Shown piece by piece: positions 61,385 to 64,000 of a DNA stretch of 64,000 bases. Under the pieces are notes generated by a model. It saw only the letters and a program-made list of their open reading frames with translations. It searched no databases and had not been told where the DNA came from. The stretch is from Convolutriloba macropyga (Eukaryota), in NCBI RefSeq assembly GCF_964194025.1, contig NC_134472.1:496001-560000 (forward strand), written 5' to 3'. Every line of letters starts with the position of its first letter. Within the stretch, counting starts at the first letter, position 1. The position numbers were made by a program, and so were the translations under genes.

Positions 61385-64000
61385 GAACTAGGTATTATAC
61401 AAGAGTTCGTTGGGTCCGTGGATAGCTTAGAGGATTTCCTAACCACGTGCTGTAACCTTGGTTGCTCCGAGTTTCACTTCCCGAAATCGGGCGATGGATA
61501 ATTATTGAATCCGGACTTTTAAAATTTTCAGTTTTGGTAATTTTTGATTTTTCACAAAACTCAGTTTCAATGTTTTCTTGCTATCCGATAGTGCTTGCTG
61601 CTTCCTGTTTAGAAGTGGCACCAACAACGCCGGCCCTGTTTTTAACTTGTTTTCTCTGCCAGTCTCGTCAAAGAATAACTTACTGCCGCTACCAGCAACT
61701 GACATGGCATCAGCGTTCGAATCGATGGAATGTTTTTCCGTCATGAAAAAAACAAATTCTCAACTTACTGCATGCTATGCTTTCGTGTAAAGACCTCATG
61801 CCTCAGATACGCCGAGCTCACCATGTTCATTTATATTTGAGGAGCCACCGCATTCATCTGCGATTTTGAACGGCTTTCCTCTGCAAATCCGTTGACGTCT
61901 TTTTTCTTGAAACATCAAACTTTTGGTTCGGCGTGCTTGCTGAAACTTTCGGTTTACTCTTCATTGTTTCTTAACTGTTTTTTATGTTATACATTTTTGA
62001 CTTAGGCAGTCCTGTATGTTGCTGAACACAACGACGATGAACTGTTTCGTCAACCCAAAGAGTCTCATGCTCACGATTTGGTTTTCCAGCAGTTTTGAAG
62101 ATAGGCGTTTGAGATTTCGGCTGCCTAGTTGCGGTTTCTGTTTTATGGATCTTAATCTGTGTAGTTTGAATAAAAACAGTTCATGTTTTCTCAATTTTCA
62201 ATTTTCTTAGTTACTCAGGGTTCTGTCTTGTTTGGTAACAACAGTTTGTTCCAGCTGAAGCTCAACATCCTGTCTCTGACTGCGATTTGATTGCATTTGA
62301 CTGCCGTCGGAAAGTGATTGCTTTTGTAGCTTCTTGCGGTCACTTGTTAGAGACGCAATTTCTGAAAGGAATTATTTGAAGTCATTCTTCTAATAATCAA
62401 TGTCTGACAATTGGAGCTGCTGAATTTGGACATTTTACACGCTCCAGTTTTCTGTACTTGTATTTTGTTTCGTCTTTCCTCCTCACAGCTGTTTCCTTGT
62501 GCACTTGTCTTCAGCTTCTTGAGCCACTTGGAACGGATTTTGTGTCCTTGTTTCCAGTTGTGTTGATTTGAATGCTTCGTACTCCTCCAGTGTCTCACCA
62601 ATGATTTTGGAATGCTCTAGAAAGTTTTCCTTTCTTTTCAAACTATTCAAATGACGTATTCATTGCTCGGCTTATATCACTTTTTGAGTGGGAGAGTTTG
62701 TAATCTTCATTTTGGTTGTCTCGAAAGTTGAGTAATTTTTATTCGTGTACACGACTGAGTTCAATGTGCAGGTTCGATCTCTTCCTCTAGTCAATTGACA
62801 ACTGCATCATTTGCCTGTTGGTCCAATGTAAAGCAAAGTTGACTGAATTGAGGTCTTCAGTGTTTCGATCGATCTCCTCCGATCCTGTGATAACCGCAGT
62901 TTTCGAAGTAAGTTTTTGTTCAGCCAGTGTTTCAGCCGACTTTCGCGTGACTTTTTGTTTCTGGCTGATTTTTGCCATTTCCAGTTATAGACACTTTTGT
63001 TTGGTTCTTCAATTAGACATCGTTATGCTGTTGATAGTTGACTCTATCACTCATAAGATAGTTCTCTAAAGATGCTGCTCTTCAACGTTGTGTGAAACCG
63101 ATGTCCGCGTCGCTTTTGTCAGATTCGTTGTTTTCCGGGTCGTTTTTGCTGTTCGAGTTGTTTTTGTCGTGATAGTTGTTGTTGCTTTAGTCCACGAAAT
63201 TGAATTGATGATTCGCATCGTTGTTGTCCAGGCCAGCGAATCAAATTTATTATTTTAACTGACTAATAATCTCATCAAAGCTATTAGTTGCCCAATCGAT
63301 TTAAGCACTGTGACTTTAGTTTCGATTGAAGTTAAGAGTATCCTTTTTTAAACTATGTTCATTCTCGTACTTAATTTTGTAAGGCTTCAGTCAGATGATA
63401 GTATTGTTGCTAACTTCATGTGAGAGAGCTCAATTGACTTATAAACTGTCGATTTTAAGACCTAGCAAAAACTTGAAGTCAAAAGACCAAAGTTGTTTAA
63501 GAATAAACTATAGTCAAAAGGAGAGCCGACTGCTCTTCGTAAGTGTTAATGGTTCTTAATACAATACGGTTGCATTATCTAAACCAACTGGTTAAATCAA
63601 GAAGTAAGATAAATTTCGTCATTTATATCATTATTACTTTTTCCTGATTGGTTGGTTAATCGAGTAAAAAGATCGATTTTTACACTGTAAACGTCACGTA
63701 ACTGCGCTATATGCTTGTGTTGAGATAAGTAATGATGATTATTACGTAGAACTAGATGGCCTGAGTGTACGGCATTAGGGCATAAAAAACAAGTGAAAAC
63801 AACTAAAGTTTGATATAAGTGACATTAAAAATTTCCTTAATAATTGGAAATTATATGAAACATTTTACTTTTCACCATATAAATGTCAATTGCACTGAAC
63901 TAGGCCTTATGCAATAGAATTCGTTGGTTATAATGGATAGCTTAGAGGTGTTCCAACGTGATGTAACTTTTGGTCGCTCCGATTTTCACTTCTCAAAACT
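61385..64000. repeat. Direct repeat with ~2.5-kb period, second copy truncated by the window end
   Basis: aactagg..ttat.caa..gttgg..tggatagcttagagg..tgtaac..gctccga.tttcacttc occurs at ~61386-61485 and ~63898-64000. Confidence 0.7.

Overview
This is an AT-rich, repeat-dense animal (probably invertebrate) genomic window with three host genes on the + strand: an intronless TOLLIP-like gene (14915-15796), a four-coding-exon RPN1/ribophorin I gene (40212-55686, 601 aa) and the first coding exon of KRTCAP2 (60455-60692). RPN1 and KRTCAP2 both encode oligosaccharyltransferase (OST) subunits. The rest is layered mobile DNA. (1) 1-6300 holds decayed LINE fragments in direct and inverted copies. (2) 6640-13753 is a three-level nest: a LINE contains a Penelope-like element (PHD-like finger inside its RT region, GIY-YIG nuclease, degenerate hammerhead motif), which in turn contains a second LINE with a templated inverted duplication. 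(3) 17690-31810 is a decayed Ty3/Gypsy gag-pol followed by an env-like fusion gene and a triplicated accessory unit carrying an EGF-like motif. (4) 33101-39794 is a fully delimited 6.7-kb Polinton/Maverick (adintovirus-like) element with TIRs and a 6-bp TSD that keeps only the virion module (ATPase, penton, core, major capsid, adenain) and lacks recognisable polymerase and integrase. RPN1 introns carry long pyrimidine tracts and a kb-scale repeat array. All calls come from visual motif and alignment reading; no searches were run.
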